Positions 11,169 through 20,552 are shown, counted from the first letter of the stretch. The stretch is DNA of 64,000 nucleotides from an uncultured Ectothiorhodospiraceae bacterium (GCA_964620825.1 CAZUKD010000002.1:233-64232); one strand, 5' to 3'. Numbers and translations are program-made. Notes: generated from the sequence alone by a model not told the origin.

Positions 11169-11885
11169 TCAAGTCCCGTTGATATGCGCCTTGCAGATCG
11201 CTGCCAGCTGTATGGCAGATTGACCCGTAATGTGTTCATATTCCTTTACGGTCATGGGATAGGGGAGATTGACCATATGGCGTGTAAGCGTGGTGTATCC
11301 AAAATACCCACCGACTATTGGGGAGGTGAAGAAATCAAGGGGTTTATAAAAGCTGCCCCCCTTTTGTACAGACTTGATTCCCGCAGTAATTGCTGCCGCC
11401 ATCGCTGGCAGAATACGTTGCTGCCGAGTCCAGTAAGGGCCCAGGTTGAACCAACCAACCCCCCTTGTTCCATTGAGGCGCATGACTACGGATACGTTGG
11501 CAAACTGCAGCGTCCCGATGAGGTTACTAGGTTTTAAACCTTGAAACAAGTTGCTCTTGAATTCCCGCTGAGTGATCTTAAAATCTACTGGTACGACGGG
11601 TCCTTTCCCTTTTGTCAGATCGGCCCGTTTGAATGCCAGCTTGAGGTTGTATATCATCATGGCGGCATACATCGGGTCAGGCAGGCAGTGGTAGGTTGTA
11701 TTATTGATGGGTTGAGCACCTTTAGCTACAGTAATCCTGCCAACGCCAAAGGCGCGACTTTTGAGCCAGGCCGTGCTGGCTTGCGATGGTGGATTGCTGA
11801 GAACAATGCCCTGGTTGAAGGCGCAACCGCCAAGGGCAAGCAGGCCGATAGTGGTGGCGACAAGGATAACAAACCTGTTCATAAT
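11169..11885 (-). CDS. Hypothetical lipoprotein
   Basis: MNRFVILVATTIGLLALGGC lipobox; alternative upstream start at 11921; no family recognised. Confidence 0.6.
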   Translation of the reverse strand: MMNRFVILVATTIGLLALGGCAFNQGIVLSNPPSQASTAWLKSRAFGVGRITVAKGAQPINNTTYHCLPDPMYAAMMIYNLKLAFKRADLTKGKGPVVPVDFKITQREFKSNLFQGLKPSNLIGTLQFANVSVVMRLNGTRGVGWFNLGPYWTRQQRILPAMAAAITAGIKSVQKGGSFYKPLDFFTSPIVGGYFGYTTLTRHMVNLPYPMTVKEYEHITGQSAIQLAAICKAHINGT

Positions 11886-12162
11886 TAGTTCCCGCCAATT
11901 GATTTTCTTCAACCAGGTCATGATCTCATGAGTGGCGGATTATGCAAGGCGAGGATTAGAGCACAGATGCGCAGCCACCTTTCAGATCAAGCGCATAATG
12001 AAGGTATCAGAGTCGGGGTGTTGCCCGTAAAGTATAGCGCGATCGGGTCGTCAACCGTGGGAACCAACTGCAGCAGTGGTGTTGCAATATCTTGATGCTA
12101 AAGTAATTTTTGTAGATACTAACGTCACCTATATGATGCGTAAAAAGATGCATATCAACCGG

Positions 12163-12313
12163 GTCACTATTCAGCTCACCTCTGAAATATGCCATTTCTG
12201 CGTTGAAAAATGATCATTTACCCCGGTAAACTCACATTTTCCGTCTTGAACTGACGGATTTCAGGGGCAATCTGAATAGTGACCGGTATTACTCAAGGGT
12301 GCTGAATAGTTAC
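12163..12313. mobile_element. 151-bp MITE with terminal inverted repeats and 8-bp target-site duplication
   Basis: Ends GTCACTATTCAGC and GCTGAATAGTTAC; TCAACCGG on both flanks (12155-12162, 12314-12321). Confidence 0.75.
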
Positions 12314-12333
12314 TCAACCGGATCATTAACGCA

Positions 12334-12756
12334 ATGTCCATTACCACTCTGCTGGCTATATCATCTCTTGCATCTGCAACTCCAAAGATGAGTATGCGGA
12401 GTGTGGTTGGGCTCGAACCGGGGTTGTGGTCGATTGCCACGAGCGGCATGATTCATGTGCTGGGCTATAGTGAACCCTTTTCCAAAGATCTACAGCAATG
12501 TATTGAACCCGACAAGGAAACCCGGGCTATTCTGCCATCCGGCAAGGGTGAGTGTGAAAAGCATGAAACCACCATTGATGGTGTCATGCACTGGCATATG
12601 ATGTGTCACTCCTCCGGGACACAAACCCGCTATGATTTTAGTGTTAAAACTGTAAAACGGCGTTTCAGCGCACAAGGGAAAATAGTCAGTTCAAGGCCCA
12701 ACTCAACCACCGAATATACTGCCAGGGGACATTGGTTAAAGGCAACCTGCCAATAA
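12334..12756 (+). CDS. Secreted hypothetical protein (DUF3617-like)
   Basis: Signal peptide, LEPGLWSI, spaced cysteines, C-terminal GHWLKATC. Confidence 0.55.
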   Translation: MSITTLLAISSLASATPKMSMRSVVGLEPGLWSIATSGMIHVLGYSEPFSKDLQQCIEPDKETRAILPSGKGECEKHETTIDGVMHWHMMCHSSGTQTRYDFSVKTVKRRFSAQGKIVSSRPNSTTEYTARGHWLKATCQ

Positions 12757-12840
12757 ATGCCGTATCTATATGCCGCCTTGAGACTTCATCCTTTCCTTCG
12801 CTTGATTTTCTTTCGACGATATGATGAGTCATTGATTTTG

Positions 12841-12916
12841 TGGAGCTGGCGACAGGAGTCGAACCCGCGACCTGCTGATTACAAATCAGCCGCTCTACCA
12901 TCTGAGCTACGCCAGC
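12841..12916 (-). tRNA. tRNA-Thr(TGT)
   Basis: Reverse complement GCTGGCGTAGCTCAGATGGTAGAGCGGCTGATTTGTAATCAGCAGGTCGCGGGTTCGACTCCTGTCGCCAGCTCCA. Confidence 0.97.
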
Positions 12917-12981
12917 AACAGTAGGAATTCTAGGCAAGATCAACTGGCAAAGCAATCAGGGAAAGATGCGGGTTGGATATG

Positions 12982-13731
12982 TTAATCCGCTTGCAGCCAG
13001 GTCAGGCCACGGAGCACCAGGGTTTCGTCAAGCTCGGCAGGCGGGGGAATAGAGGGAAGGAGTGCTGCACCATCCCCGCCGGTGGTGACAACGGGTGTTT
13101 GACTTCCCAGTGTCTTGCGCATTTCCGAAACAACCTGCAAGGCGCTCACGGACCAGGCATAGAGCTGACCGTTGCGCACGCATTCCGCGCTGGTTTTCCC
13201 CCAGGGCCGGGGTTGCTGTTGGGGTGGTGTGACGGTCACCGGCAGGCGGCTGGAGATGTGACGCAAGGCATCGGCGAGGGTTTTCCAGCCGGGCAGGATG
13301 ACGCCTCCCAGATGTCGCCGATGGGCGTCGGTAGCATCGATTGTGAGGGCAGACCCGGCATCCACGATGATCGCGGCGCCTGGGCGCTCGCTGGCAATGG
13401 CGAGCAGGCTGAGGAAGCGGTCCACCCCGAGGGTGGCTGGCTGCTGATATGCCAGGGTCAAGCCGGAAGGGATAATGGGCGTTTGCACCCGCTGCGGAGT
13501 GGGCCAGCCCAGATCAGCTACAGCCTTGATCAGCCGTTTAGCCATGAGGTCTGCGCGCACGTCGGCAATCAATATCCGCCCCGGGCGGCGGGACTGCCTG
13601 AGCGTTTCCAGCAAAGGCTCTAATCGAGTGGCGCTGCCGGGATGTTGCAGCCGCCCTGGTTGCGCCGACCAGGCCCATTTGCAACGGGTATGGCCAAGAT
13701 CAATAACCAGCGTCATGGGATGAGATTGCAT
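12982..13731 (-). CDS. coaX: Type III pantothenate kinase
   Basis: IDLGHTRCKW, LGVDRF, IVDAGSALTID, HLGGVILPG, TGGDG; downstream of birA. Confidence 0.92.
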   Translation of the reverse strand: MQSHPMTLVIDLGHTRCKWAWSAQPGRLQHPGSATRLEPLLETLRQSRRPGRILIADVRADLMAKRLIKAVADLGWPTPQRVQTPIIPSGLTLAYQQPATLGVDRFLSLLAIASERPGAAIIVDAGSALTIDATDAHRRHLGGVILPGWKTLADALRHISSRLPVTVTPPQQQPRPWGKTSAECVRNGQLYAWSVSALQVVSEMRKTLGSQTPVVTTGGDGAALLPSIPPPAELDETLVLRGLTWLQAD

Positions 13732-13788
13732 CTGGATTTCATGATAATCAAAGTCCGGGGTTTGGCAGACGATTCAAGGGATTTGCCC

Positions 13789-14697
13789 TCAAAGGAGGTT
13801 GGGCGGCTGGCATTTTTGTTGCGGTGGATCATCAGGTCCAACCTGATTCGGAAGATGAGGTTCCTGCAGATAAGCGCAACTGGATTTTGGCTGTAAGCGC
13901 AGGCTTACTTCGCCGCTTTCCAGAGTCAGGATACCTTGTGGGCGCCGGATTCGCAGGCGCCCGTGGGCATCGATACCCTCACCCTCGCCTTCAAAAATGT
14001 GCCCACCGCTCCGTTTAATGCGTAGAATCCGCTGATAAGTGAGATCGTACCCCGGCCAGCTTGCCATCAGTTTCCCGCTCTGGCGCTGATCCAACAGCAA
14101 ACAGGTGCGCAGCAGGGCATCAAGCAGGGAGGCAACCAGCCGATTGCGCTGTTGGCGTATTCCCGGAATCAGTGTAGCCATGCCGATGGCAGGTACCTGC
14201 CCCATTGCCGGTAAGTTGTGGGAGCAGAGATTGAGTCCCAAGCCGATGATCCAGTAACTCCGCCCCCGGCGCTGGAGGTGTTCGGTGAGAATACCGGCTA
14301 ATTTACATTCCCTGACGTAGAGATCATTGGGCCATTTGATCCCGATCCCCCGGATACCGAGTGCATCCAGTGCGGTTGTGATGGCCATACCAAAGGCCAG
14401 GGTAACCGGTTGCGCGAACCAATCGGTGGCGTCTCCTTGCCAGGCGAGAGAGAGGTAGATGCTGCCATTAGGTGGTGAAAACCAGGCCCGCCCACGCCGA
14501 CCCCGTCCTTCTGTCTGCTGCTCGGCGAGGCAGACCTCTCTTGGTGCGTCTCGCGCCATGAGTAGCTCATCGGCCAGCCAGCGACTGGTCGAGGGGAGGG
14601 TGTCGAATCGATGGATGGCACGGCACATCTCGCGGCCCTCAGTGCACAGATACCGCCTGATCTTATCCCCATTAAGGCGTTCACAGTCGATCAGCAT
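13789..14697 (-). CDS. birA: Biotin protein ligase lacking the N-terminal HTH
   Basis: QTEGRGRRGRAW, KWPND, KLAGIL; likely start is ATG 14697 because the longer ORF overlaps virK. Confidence 0.9.
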   Translation of the reverse strand: MLIDCERLNGDKIRRYLCTEGREMCRAIHRFDTLPSTSRWLADELLMARDAPREVCLAEQQTEGRGRRGRAWFSPPNGSIYLSLAWQGDATDWFAQPVTLAFGMAITTALDALGIRGIGIKWPNDLYVRECKLAGILTEHLQRRGRSYWIIGLGLNLCSHNLPAMGQVPAIGMATLIPGIRQQRNRLVASLLDALLRTCLLLDQRQSGKLMASWPGYDLTYQRILRIKRSGGHIFEGEGEGIDAHGRLRIRRPQGILTLESGEVSLRLQPKSSCAYLQEPHLPNQVGPDDPPQQKCQPPNLL

Positions 14698-15646
14698 GAA
14701 TCGTTTCCGGTGGGGTTGGCGGATTCGACTGTGCGAGGGTGGCGATGATTTGGGTGATGAGCGTATCGCGCAGTCGTTCCCGATGGCGGGCCGCTGAGCG
14801 TTTCCGGGAAGGCAGCGCCTCGATCGGCTTATGATCCTTGCGCAGGGGGATGCGCCAGTAGCCCGCAGCATCGGCTGTTCCACCCAGTTCGGCAGCGTAA
14901 GCATCGTAATCGAAAGTCCATGCCGTCATCGTATTGCGTTTACGTAACCGGCTGCGCGGATGGCGATAGACGTGATCCCCGGTGGCGATCAGGCCAAGAT
15001 ACGCCACGCCTGCGGCCTCGCCGATAGCGCGAGCGGCTTCCAGCATCAGATCGCGGGGACGGTAACCATAGAGATCCCGGGTGATCCGGCGTACCAGATC
15101 GCGGCCATCCGCGCCGGTTGGCCCTTGCAGGCAACCGATGAACAATAGCCTTTGGCCTTGCTCTTGAAGCAGGCTAACGCAAAAAGTGTAAACCCGGCGC
15201 TGCCCGTCCAGCAGGTGTACGGTCCATTCCCCTTCCTTGGAAAAACGGTTCGCATAGGTAAGCTGAAGGTGGTAGGTGTGCGCATGGCGATTCGGGATAC
15301 AGGCAAGCTCGATGGGTGCTTGCGCTATTTTCAGACACAATGCCACCCAGTTGAGCCGATCACAGCACTCGTAATGCGCAAGGATAACCGCCAATCGTTG
15401 GCGGGCATTGAGATGCGCACGCAAATAAGGCCGGTGCAGCCGTTCAAATAGCCAGGGTTGCAAGGTGACTATCCGGGCGACGGGGGGATTGGCTTCCAGA
15501 TAATCGAGTAAATCACGGGTTACCGTGGCATAAAACAGGGATCGGGCCAGGAAGCGCAATCTTTTGCGGGTTTCCACGGGGTGCAGTTGGCGGGCGAAGG
15601 GTTGCAGGCGCGCCAGGAGTGCCGATTGGGAGCGTGGATTCATCAT
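14681..15646 (-). CDS. VirK/YbjX (DUF535) family protein
   Basis: RPYL, KEGE, FIGCLQG, TRDLYGYRP, FDYD, PSRKRS; ATGA overlap with purK. Confidence 0.8.
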   Translation of the reverse strand: MMNPRSQSALLARLQPFARQLHPVETRKRLRFLARSLFYATVTRDLLDYLEANPPVARIVTLQPWLFERLHRPYLRAHLNARQRLAVILAHYECCDRLNWVALCLKIAQAPIELACIPNRHAHTYHLQLTYANRFSKEGEWTVHLLDGQRRVYTFCVSLLQEQGQRLLFIGCLQGPTGADGRDLVRRITRDLYGYRPRDLMLEAARAIGEAAGVAYLGLIATGDHVYRHPRSRLRKRNTMTAWTFDYDAYAAELGGTADAAGYWRIPLRKDHKPIEALPSRKRSAARHRERLRDTLITQIIATLAQSNPPTPPETIHADRL

Positions 15647-16794
15647 GATTCCATGGCCTGGGTTTGACTCGCTAACCGGGCAAAAGTCGTTTGGGCACGG
15701 GTCAGGGCAGTCGCCCGATCTTCGTTGAGAACGCAAAAATGGCCCATTTTGCGGCCAGGCCGGGCCAGACGCTTACCATATAAATGTAATCTGGCGCCGG
15801 GGCAGGCGAAGACCGGCGTCCAGTCCGGCTCGCCCTGGTGCCACAAGTCGCCCAATAGATTGATCATGACCACCGGGCTGAGCAGGCGGGTATCGCCAAG
15901 CGGCAGGCCGCAGAGCGCTCGTAATTGCTGCTCGAATTGCGAGACAGGGCAGGCGTCCACCGTGTAGTGGCCGCTGTTGTGAGGCCGCGGGGCGATCTCA
16001 TTGACTAGCAGATCGCCGCCGGTGGTTATGAAGAATTCCACTGCCATGACCCCCCGATATGCAAGATCGTGAGCTATTCTGAGAGCGAGATTCACCGCTT
16101 CACTGGCGAGTGATGGGGAAAGCAGTGCGGGGATGATGGAGCAGTCCAGAATACCGTTGTGGTGTCGGTTTTCTGCGATCGGGAAGATCGCTGCCTCGCC
16201 CCCGGCGCCACGGGCCAGGATGACGGATATTTCTTGTTTCAGCGTGATCCGCTGCTCCAGGATGCAGGGATGGTTACCGAGTGCGTGAAAGGCCGGTAAC
16301 AGATCCTCGATGGCCTTAATGGGCCGTTGTCCCTTGCCATCATAGCCACAATCGGCGCGCTTTAAGATGGCAGGTGTGCCGATTCTCTCCAGTGCGGGGA
16401 GCAAATCGGCGGCCTCGTGGATGCAGACGAAAGTCACAGTTGGCAGATTGCGCTCGCGCAGAAAGCATTTTTCCGTGATGCGGTTCTGGGTGATGCGTAC
16501 TACTTGGGGTTGCGGATAAACAGGGAGGCTGTGAGCGAGATATTCCAGGGCTTCAACGGGGATATTCTCGAATTCCGTGGTGATCGCCGCGCAGTTCGTC
16601 GCCAGGTGCTTGAGTGCCCACGGATCGTCGTAAGCGGCGTGGAGATGTTCGTCCGCTACCCGTCCCGCGGGGCTGTCCGGATCGGGATCGAGTACGATGA
16701 TCCGATAGCCAAGATCATGTGCGGCGAGGATAAACAGGCGCCCAAGCTGCCCGCCGCCCAATATGCCAAGCGTTGCACCAGGCAGAATTTTCAT
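15643..16794 (-). CDS. purK: N5-CAIR synthase
   Basis: GILGGGQLG, TEFENI, GYDGKGQ, NEIAPRPHNSGH, RKMGH. Confidence 0.97.
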   Translation of the reverse strand: MKILPGATLGILGGGQLGRLFILAAHDLGYRIIVLDPDPDSPAGRVADEHLHAAYDDPWALKHLATNCAAITTEFENIPVEALEYLAHSLPVYPQPQVVRITQNRITEKCFLRERNLPTVTFVCIHEAADLLPALERIGTPAILKRADCGYDGKGQRPIKAIEDLLPAFHALGNHPCILEQRITLKQEISVILARGAGGEAAIFPIAENRHHNGILDCSIIPALLSPSLASEAVNLALRIAHDLAYRGVMAVEFFITTGGDLLVNEIAPRPHNSGHYTVDACPVSQFEQQLRALCGLPLGDTRLLSPVVMINLLGDLWHQGEPDWTPVFACPGARLHLYGKRLARPGRKMGHFCVLNEDRATALTRAQTTFARLASQTQAMES

Positions 16795-17291
16795 GCCTCA
16801 GGCGGGAGACGTGAGGCCAGCACTCGCTGGCGTTGGGTGGCGCGAAATTCATCCAAACGACAGGCGAGCCCAGGATTGGTGGTAGCCAGCAAGGCGATGG
16901 CGAACAGCGCGGCATTATCAGCGCCTGCCTCGCCGATGGCGAAAGTGGCAACCGGCACGCCGGCTGGCATTTGCACGATGGACAGCAATGAATCCTGGCC
17001 GTAGAGATGGCGGGTTGGAATGGGCACGCCCAATACGGGGATGCGCGTCTTGGCCGCTAACATGCCCGGCAAGTGCGCGGCGCCGCCGGCGCCGGCGATA
17101 ATGGCGGCAAACCCGCAAGAGACTGCGGATTCAGCGTATTCAAACAATAGATCCGGGGTACGGTGGGCGGAGATCACACGTGCCTCACAGTGGATATCAA
17201 ATGCTTTCAGTTGTTCTACCGAGCGCTGCATCACCGGCCAGTCGCTGGTTGAACCCATAACCACACCCACCTGAACAGATTGATTTTTCAT
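16791..17291 (-). CDS. purE: N5-CAIR mutase
   Basis: VMGSTSD, SAHRTP, AGGAAHLPGM, SIVQMPAGVPVAT. Confidence 0.97.
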   Translation of the reverse strand: MKNQSVQVGVVMGSTSDWPVMQRSVEQLKAFDIHCEARVISAHRTPDLLFEYAESAVSCGFAAIIAGAGGAAHLPGMLAAKTRIPVLGVPIPTRHLYGQDSLLSIVQMPAGVPVATFAIGEAGADNAALFAIALLATTNPGLACRLDEFRATQRQRVLASRLPPEA

Positions 17292-17386
17292 TGGCTTTGC
17301 CCTTCAAGGATTCTGAAAATACGCCATGATTCCCGTCATGACAGATGGCGTCAAGCAAGCTGGCGTGTATTAAGGGGATTTTATGA

Positions 17387-18040
17387 TCATTCAGCGCCCC
17401 GGCGGAAGGTCAAATTAAAGCGATGCACGCCGGTCAACGGATGCGCTCCCGGTTTGAGTGGGGCGACGCCATGATAGTTCAGCCGCGAGGATCCACCCCA
17501 GACCACGATATCTCCGTGGCGTAATGCGATTGCCCGGCGAGGATCGAGTCGCCGCCTTCCACCCCAGAGAAAAACCGCCGGCAGCCCCAGAGACACCGAA
17601 ACGATGGGTGCTGTCAGATCACGTTCGTCGCGGTCCTGGTGCAGGCCCATGCGCGCGCCGGGCACATAATCATTGATCAGGCAGCTATCAGGGTGGAATC
17701 CGGGGAATCCCGCTGCGGTGGCAGCCCGGGTGGCCAATTGCAGCAATACCGCGGGCAGCGGCGGCCAGGGGCGGCCACTCTTGGGATCAATAGGGCTATA
17801 GCGATAACCGCGCCGGTCGCTGACCCAGCCTAGCGTACCGCAGTTGCTCATTGCTACCGACATGACGTGCCCACCCGGGACGGTCATGTATCGCAGCGGC
17901 GCCTGGGTAGTCAGCGCATTGATGGCGTTAATCAGTGCAGGCGCGAGCAGATCAGCCCGGCCCGGCAACAGACACGCGCCCTCGGTGAGCCAAATGGCGG
18001 GTTGGGGTTCAGGCAGCCCGAAGAAGAGATCAGCCGTCAT
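17387..18040 (-). CDS. alkB: DNA oxidative demethylase AlkB
   Basis: MSVAMSNCG, GWVSDRRGYRY, LHQDRDE, HGVAP, RFNLTFR; start 18040 or 18106. Confidence 0.93.
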   Translation of the reverse strand: MTADLFFGLPEPQPAIWLTEGACLLPGRADLLAPALINAINALTTQAPLRYMTVPGGHVMSVAMSNCGTLGWVSDRRGYRYSPIDPKSGRPWPPLPAVLLQLATRAATAAGFPGFHPDSCLINDYVPGARMGLHQDRDERDLTAPIVSVSLGLPAVFLWGGRRRLDPRRAIALRHGDIVVWGGSSRLNYHGVAPLKPGAHPLTGVHRFNLTFRRGAE

Positions 18041-18129
18041 CGCGCTGGTGCAGCGGTGGATCCGGGCGCTGCCGGGAGTGCAGCGTTGTCTGTCGATTTT
18101 CTTCATGGCGTTATATTACCCGGATACTG

Positions 18130-18161
18130 CCCCGCTCCAATCCATGGGAGTTGGAGCGGGG
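18130..18161. repeat. 11-bp-arm GC-rich hairpin between alkB and cyc2
   Basis: CCCCGCTCCAA-N10-TTGGAGCGGGG. Confidence 0.5.
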
Positions 18162-18201
18162 AACAGGCTAGCTGGATAATTACAAAAATATTACTCATTT
18201 A

Positions 18202-18215
18202 TTGATATGGATCAA
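18202..18215. promoter_or_regulatory. FNR/ANR-type box
   Basis: TTGAT-ATGG-ATCAA, exact consensus; palindrome extends to TTTATTGAT...ATCAATAAA. Confidence 0.75.
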
Positions 18216-18490
18216 TAAAACATTCAATCAGGTCTTGCAAAGCAGGATTAAATCCTCTTTACTTCACTTAACCGGACTTAACCGGAACGTGGATCGGGGT
18301 TTGAACTTCGATTGGGTTATGGGTTGTACTGGCATTTGTCAGGATTATGGTCTATAAAGATTCACCAGACGTCAGGAAATGTTAAATCCTGTGTCTTGCC
18401 GTTGACATGAGTTGGTGGCGCTTATTAGTAAAACGAACGGAAACCTTTGTCATAAAGCCATATTGTCACAATGCTTTGGAGGTAGTTAGG

Positions 18491-19846
18491 ATGAAAGTCA
18501 ATCAGAAGCTTAGAAAAGCAATCAGGCTGGGGTTGTCATCGGCGTTGATCGTCGGCGGTGGCGCCTATTCCATTAACGCCATGTCGATGCCGTCGTTCGC
18601 GCGGCAGACCGGCTGGTCGTGTGCGACCTGTCACACGGCATTCCCGCAGCTGACCCCGATGGGGCGGATGTTCAAGCTGCTCGGTTACACCACTTACAAC
18701 GTGCAGCGCCAGCAAAAAGTCGAAGCCAAGCTGGGCAAGAATACCGCCTTGCTGTTGATGCGCCTGTCACAGTTCTCGGTATTCGTCCAGGCAAACTATA
18801 TGGATGTTAAAAATTCTGCTAAGGCGAGTGGTGGTTCCCCCAGTGGGATCGAATTCCCGCAAGCGGTCAGCTTGTTCTATGCTGGCGAGATCACGCCGCA
18901 GGTGGGCACCTTCTTCCATGTCACCCGGGATAGCGGTACTGGCCAAATGGTCGTGGATGATAGTGACGTGCGCTGGGCGCATCCTTGGGCGGTGGGCAGA
19001 AATGGGCAGAATCTGGTCATTACCGGCTTGACGTTTAACAACTCCGTGACCGAGCCTGATATCTACAACTCCATGCCTAACTGGGGCGCGCCCTTCATGG
19101 CGAGTGATGCGGTCGGGAATAGTGAGCCGGGTGGTAATCTACTGGTGGGCGGGCTTGCCGCCGCCGGTGCTCCGATAGCGGGCGCGGGGGGTTATTTGGC
19201 CTATTTGTGGGGCCAGGATCGCGCCAACTGGCTATATCTGGAAGCCGATGCTTATAATGGTAACGCCCTCAATGGAACTGGTGCTACATCCCCTGGCGGC
19301 TATAGCGGCCTTGAAGGGGTTCCTGTCGGAAAAATGGATGGGACGGCACCCTATCTCCGGGTAGCCTATCAGCGTGATTGGGGTAACTGGAACGCTGAAC
19401 TCGGCGCTTATTGGATGACGGCCAAGATCTGGCAAACTGCAACCAATAGTGGGGCAGAGAACAAATACACGGATACTGTCCTACAAACCCAGATCCAGTG
19501 GCTTGATACCCTCAACAACAATAACCTGACCATTCTCGGCAATTACTTCCACGAGCATCAGGAGTTCGCTGGAATTACCGGGCATCAGAATGAGACTAAG
19601 ATCAACGCAACCTACTGGTATCACGACATGTACGGTGCCCAGGCGGGGTATGTCGATGTGACAGCAACGAAAAATACGAATGCTGACAACCCACAACAGA
19701 CCGGCTACTGGCTGCAGGGTTCTTACCAGCCCTGGTACAATATGCGCTTATCTGTTCGTTATACGGGGTACAACAAGTTCCTTGATACGACCAACAATGC
19801 CAGTGATGCTAACACCTGGTCGTTGATGAGCTGGTTTGCATTCTGA
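18491..19846 (+). CDS. cyc2: Outer-membrane cytochrome c-porin fusion Cyc2 (putative iron oxidase)
   Basis: Signal peptide, then PSFARQTGWSCATCHTAFPQLTPMGRMFKLLGY (single CxxCH, Cyc2 signature); beta-barrel-like C-terminus ending in F; GGAGG RBS before ATG 18491. Confidence 0.93.
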   Translation: MKVNQKLRKAIRLGLSSALIVGGGAYSINAMSMPSFARQTGWSCATCHTAFPQLTPMGRMFKLLGYTTYNVQRQQKVEAKLGKNTALLLMRLSQFSVFVQANYMDVKNSAKASGGSPSGIEFPQAVSLFYAGEITPQVGTFFHVTRDSGTGQMVVDDSDVRWAHPWAVGRNGQNLVITGLTFNNSVTEPDIYNSMPNWGAPFMASDAVGNSEPGGNLLVGGLAAAGAPIAGAGGYLAYLWGQDRANWLYLEADAYNGNALNGTGATSPGGYSGLEGVPVGKMDGTAPYLRVAYQRDWGNWNAELGAYWMTAKIWQTATNSGAENKYTDTVLQTQIQWLDTLNNNNLTILGNYFHEHQEFAGITGHQNETKINATYWYHDMYGAQAGYVDVTATKNTNADNPQQTGYWLQGSYQPWYNMRLSVRYTGYNKFLDTTNNASDANTWSLMSWFAF

Positions 19847-19862
19847 AATAGGAGACATAGTA

Positions 19863-20537
19863 ATGAGACAGATGATGAAGCAAAAAGTAGATGGCACGCG
19901 GGCTGTGCGTAGAAAATCCGGTTTAAGCCGGATGGCTTTGGCATTAGGTGCCGCGGCATTGCTCGCAACGCCGCTTGCCTTTGCCGGTGGCGGCAGCGGC
20001 GCCGTACCCACAAAAGTGACCAATTCCTGCATGATCTGCCACGGCATGACCGGGGAGAACACGCTGTATCCGATCATTCCCCGGTTGGCCGGTCAGCAGG
20101 CGCAGTATATCACCCAGCAGTTAAAGCAGTTCAAGACGGGTGTGCGGGATGATCCGAATGCCAATCTGTATATGTTGCCGGTGGCGCAATCACTGGATGG
20201 CCAGCAGCGGAAACAGTTGGCGAAGTATTTTGCCAAACAAGCCCCCATGCAGGGTGTCACAGGCGGGTCGCTTCAGGAAGCCAAGGCAGGCAAACAGATC
20301 TTCATGCAGGGTATCCCGGAGAAGAATGTGGCGGCCTGTATGGCCTGTCACGGGATTCATGCCCAGGGTAGCGGTGCCTTCCCGCGGTTGGCGGGCCAGC
20401 GCTTTGGCTATATCGTTGCCCAGTTGGGTTATTTCAAGAGCGGCGCACGCAAGAGCCAGATTATGCAGGCGATCGTATCGGGACTGAACAATCAACAAAT
20501 GAAAGATGTGGCGGCTTATGTCACACGTTTGAAATAA
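19863..20537 (+). CDS. cyc1: Diheme cytochrome c4, Cyc1 (c552) type
   Basis: CMICHGMTGENTLYPIIPRLAGQ and CMACH...FPRLAGQRFGY; closely resembles the recalled A. ferrooxidans Cyc1. Confidence 0.88.
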   Translation: MRQMMKQKVDGTRAVRRKSGLSRMALALGAAALLATPLAFAGGGSGAVPTKVTNSCMICHGMTGENTLYPIIPRLAGQQAQYITQQLKQFKTGVRDDPNANLYMLPVAQSLDGQQRKQLAKYFAKQAPMQGVTGGSLQEAKAGKQIFMQGIPEKNVAACMACHGIHAQGSGAFPRLAGQRFGYIVAQLGYFKSGARKSQIMQAIVSGLNNQQMKDVAAYVTRLK

Positions 20538-20552
20538 AGAGTTGGATTGGAG

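Noticed and set aside
12973-13623. 216-aa plus-strand ORF, and the many similar overlapping ORFs in the track
   Set aside because: Antisense or alternate-frame shadows of well-supported genes (here coaX).
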